A DNA stretch of 64,000 bases from Leucoraja erinacea (lineage: Eukaryota), in the NCBI RefSeq assembly GCF_028641065.1, contig NC_073386.1:55180001-55244000 (forward strand), in the 5' to 3' direction. Position numbers and translations under genes: made by a program. Positions within the stretch are counted from its first letter, which is position 1, and each line of letters begins with the position of its first letter. The notes beneath the pieces are model-generated. The model was not told where the DNA came from. It was given only the letters and a program-made list of their open reading frames with translations, and made no database searches. Of the stretch, positions 60,771 to 64,000 are shown one piece after another.

Positions 60771-62620
60771 TTCATTTGGGCCCCACTCTAGTGACTCTAA
60801 TGTTTCTTGAAACGTCACTACTAATGCCTCTACAACCTTTACAGCGATCTTTTTCAGAGCCCTCGGGTGCAATGAATCTTGTCCAGGTGACCTATCCACC
60901 TTCAATCTTTTAGCTTCCCGACACCTTCTCCTCATGAATAGCAACTGCACTCATTTCTGCCCCCTGACTCTCTTGAAATTCTGGCATGGTGCTGTGTCTT
61001 TCACTGTGAAACTGATGCAAAAAAACATTCAGTTCGTCTGCCATCTCTTTGTTCCCAACGACTACTTCTCCGGTATCATTTTCCAGTTGTCCAATGTCCA
61101 CTCGTGCGTCTCTTTTACCCCTTATACATCCGAAAAAAACCATGTAATATCCTCTTTTATATCATTGGCATGCGTACCCTCATCCCTTTCCCCCCATAAT
61201 GCGTTTTTAATTGCCTTCTCTTGGTTTTTAAAAGCTTCCTAATCATCTAGCTTCCTGATAATATTTGCCATATTATATGATTTCTCGTTAGGTTAATGCT
61301 GTCTTTGACTTCCTATGTCAGCAATGGTTGTTTCATTCTCCTTTTGGCATGTTTCTTCTTCTTTGGGGGAAAAAAAAGATCCTGCATCTTACAAGTCACT
61401 CCCAGAAACTCCTGCCATTGCTGCTCCTTCATCATTCCTGCTGGGGTCCCTTTCCAATTAATTTTGCCTGCTCCTCCCTCATGCTTCTGTTGTCACTTTT
61501 ACTCAACAGTAATACTGATACTTCCAATTTCAGTTTCCCCTTCTCAAACTGTAGCTTGAAACGTATCATATTATGATCACTGCCTCCTAGGGGTCCCTTC
61601 ACCTTAAACTCCCTAATCAAATCTGGTTCATTATGTCAAATCCAGAATCGCCTTTTCCCTAGTAGTCTCAACCGCAAGCTGCTCTAAGAAGCCATCATGC
61701 AGGCACTCCACAAATTCCTTCTCTTGGGATCCCGTACCAACCTGATTTTCCCAGTCTACCTGAGTATTGAAATCTCCCATGAGCACTGTGACATTGCCTT
61801 TCTTACATGCCGATTGTAGCTCCTGATGTCATTTGTACCCCACTTCCTGGCAGCTAGTTTTCGGAGGCCTGTATGTTACTCCTATCAGGGTCTTTTTTTT
61901 TACCTTTTTTGTAGTTTCTTAGCTGTACCCACAAGGATTCTACATTTCCTAATCCTATGTTACCCCTTGCTAAGGACTGAATTTCATTCCTTCGAACAGA
62001 GATACCCCACCACCTCTGCCTACCTGTCTGTCTTTTCGATAGGATGTGTATCCTTGTATATTCAGCTCTCATCTCTGATCTTCTTTCAGCCACGACTCTG
62101 TGATGCCCGCAATGTGGTACCTGCCAAATTCTAGCTATAAGCTCATCCTTATTTTATGTTCTGCATGCATTCAAATAAATCATTTTTAGTTCAGTATTCA
62201 CTCTTCTCGAATTGGCCCCCATGTTGCCTGACGTTAGACTCTTATCCCCTACTAAACTCCCAGTTCTATTTCTTATTCCTGAGACTTCAGTAACCTCTCC
62301 TGTGCTCTCCTTCCATTTAACTTTAACCCAAACGTTTCCAATCTGAAATCTGCTGAAACATTCCACCATTTAATTTAATCCACAGCACCAGTTATGTGAT
62401 TCGCCAGAACCCTGGTCCCAATAGTGTTCAGGTGGAGTCTGTCCCATCGGAACAGCTCCCTCCTTCCTCAATACTGATGCCAATGTTCCATGACTACTTC
62501 CACACTAAACTTTGAGCCAGCCATTCATCTCTTTAATCTTATCACGCCTATGCCAATTTGCACAAGGCTCAGGTAGCAATCCAGAGCTTAATTCCATTTT
62601 GGTTCTGATTTGTAATTTAA
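60771..62620 (-). mobile_element. Degenerate CR1 (ORF1 esterase end + ORF2 APE)
   Basis: YLNAC, LGGSDHN, SPGQDSLHPR, ELSSGLLPEPCAN..EMNGWLK. Confidence 0.8.
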
Positions 62621-62803
62621 TCCCTATCTGCTCAAATTCTCCCAGCAGAATCTCTTTCCTTGTTCCACTTCCATCAATGGTAGCCACAAGGACTCCGACA
62701 ACTGGATCTTCCCCCCTCCCACTGCACATTAATCTGCAGGTCAGAGGAAATGGCCTGAACATTTGAACAAATGTCCTGAACATCTGTTCTGAAATGTCCT
62801 GAA

Positions 62804-63156
62804 CAGATGCAGGAAGATTGTTCCCAATGTTGGGGAAGTCCAGGACAAGGGGTCACAGTTTAAGGATAAAGGGAAAATCGTTTAGGACCGAGATGAGAAA
62901 CATTTTTTTCACACAGAGAGTGGTGAGTCTCTGGAACTCTCTGCCACAGAAGGTAGTTGAGGCCAGTTCATCGGCTATATTTAAGAGGGAGTTAGATGTG
63001 GCCCTTGTGGCTAAAGGGATCAGGAGGTATGGAGAGAAGACGGGTACAGGATACTGAGTTGGATGATCAGCCATGATCATATTGAATGGTGGTGCAGGCT
63101 CGAAGGGCTGAATGGCCTACTCCTGCACCTATTTTCTATGTTTCTATGTTTCTATG
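62804..63156 (+). mobile_element. CR1 3' fragment
   Basis: ORF 62818..63057; (TTTCTATG)3 tail. Confidence 0.85.
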
Positions 63157-63374
63157 AACTTGGGCACCAGGCAGGCAACAGCCTTTTGGGCTCTTGATCC
63201 TTGCGAGAATGAAACTAAATGTCATGGCCATCTCCTATATCTATTCCTGTATCTCCCGCTGGCAATTGGGAGGCCTGCAGGGTGATTGCACTTTTCTTAT
63301 TTTTGAGCTCTAGTCATATTGCTTTGGTATCCGCCGTTAATGCAATGCCACCACCTCCTTCTCCATCACACCTT

Positions 63375-63560
63375 TTTTTATTTTTTTTATTTATTAGAAG
63401 TACAATACAATGGTACAAAAATTATGCTAATATAATACATTCTCTGTACAACTTCCTTTTTTTTTGAAAGAGAAAAGTAAGAAGAGAAAAATAAGAAAGA
63501 GGTTGTGGAAAGTGAAAATGAAAAACAGATAGTGAAAAAAAAGAATAAGTGAAGAAGGAG
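63375..63560 (-). mobile_element. L1 3' end fragment
   Basis: Reverse complement TGTACTTCTAATAAA + poly(A) matches the L1-A 3' end at ~16671. Confidence 0.5.
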
Positions 63561-64000
63561 AGCAGGAGGGAGTTTATTCAATCACCACAAGGAGATGAGT
63601 TTTTTATATTCTTTCACATCTGAAATATTAAAACGTGGGAACATTAAACTGCTAGACCCATCCCTCTCACAACTAAGACTCTGTAATGGTCACCACATCA
63701 TTGTTCCATGCACTGATGCAGGCTTTATATTCCTTCTTTACCCACATTACTCCTTGCATTTAAATAAACACACTTCAGCCCACCATACTCACCATGTTTA
63801 TTCATCTGTTCCAGCCTCTCATTCCTTTCAGACTTACTAAACATCTTCTTGTGACCATGTGTGTTTCCTCAAGGTGCTCCTGATTCTTGGCACATTCCAA
63901 AGCTGCGTGCATTGGTAGCTAACTGGCCACTGTAACCTGTCCATGGTATGTAGATGAACAGCAGAATCTGCAGTGAGCTGTTGGGAATGTGGTTTGAATG

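Overview
Vertebrate genomic DNA rich in CR1, L1, Rex1, Penelope, DIRS and an HE1/V-SINE-type SINE. That repeat content points to a cartilaginous fish (skate/ray/shark), which is an inference. The minus strand carries two tandem VCAM1-like genes. Copy A (CDS 60397->36624) is complete and in frame by manual exon assembly: signal-peptide exon, Ig D1, D2 and D3 exons, then 14 near-identical intact 264-nt phase-1 Ig exons in tandem (~1.3-1.5 kb period, plus one dead 15th copy), and a TM/cytoplasmic exon ending ...FRRSLKESYNIAGEIL*. This gives ~1589 aa and 17 Ig domains, versus 7 in human VCAM1. Each repeat exon has a weak donor and an in-frame read-through stop (GLCGN*/GLYGN*), and 12 of 14 have an AATAAA ~130 nt downstream. 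This could produce a ladder of membrane and secreted isoforms (hypothesis). Copy B (22253->~2540) has a near-identical promoter and 5' exons. It also has a +1 homopolymer frameshift in D1, only one intact repeat exon, two ruined ones and no visible TM exon, and its 3' half is filled by an ~11 kb transposon nest. Also present: a DIRS1 element with intact ITR/ICR but decayed ORFs, head-to-tail Helitron-like elements, a minisatellite built from a transposon TIR, and one array intron that looks like an assembly consensus artefact. All coordinates were read by eye; no alignments or database searches were run.
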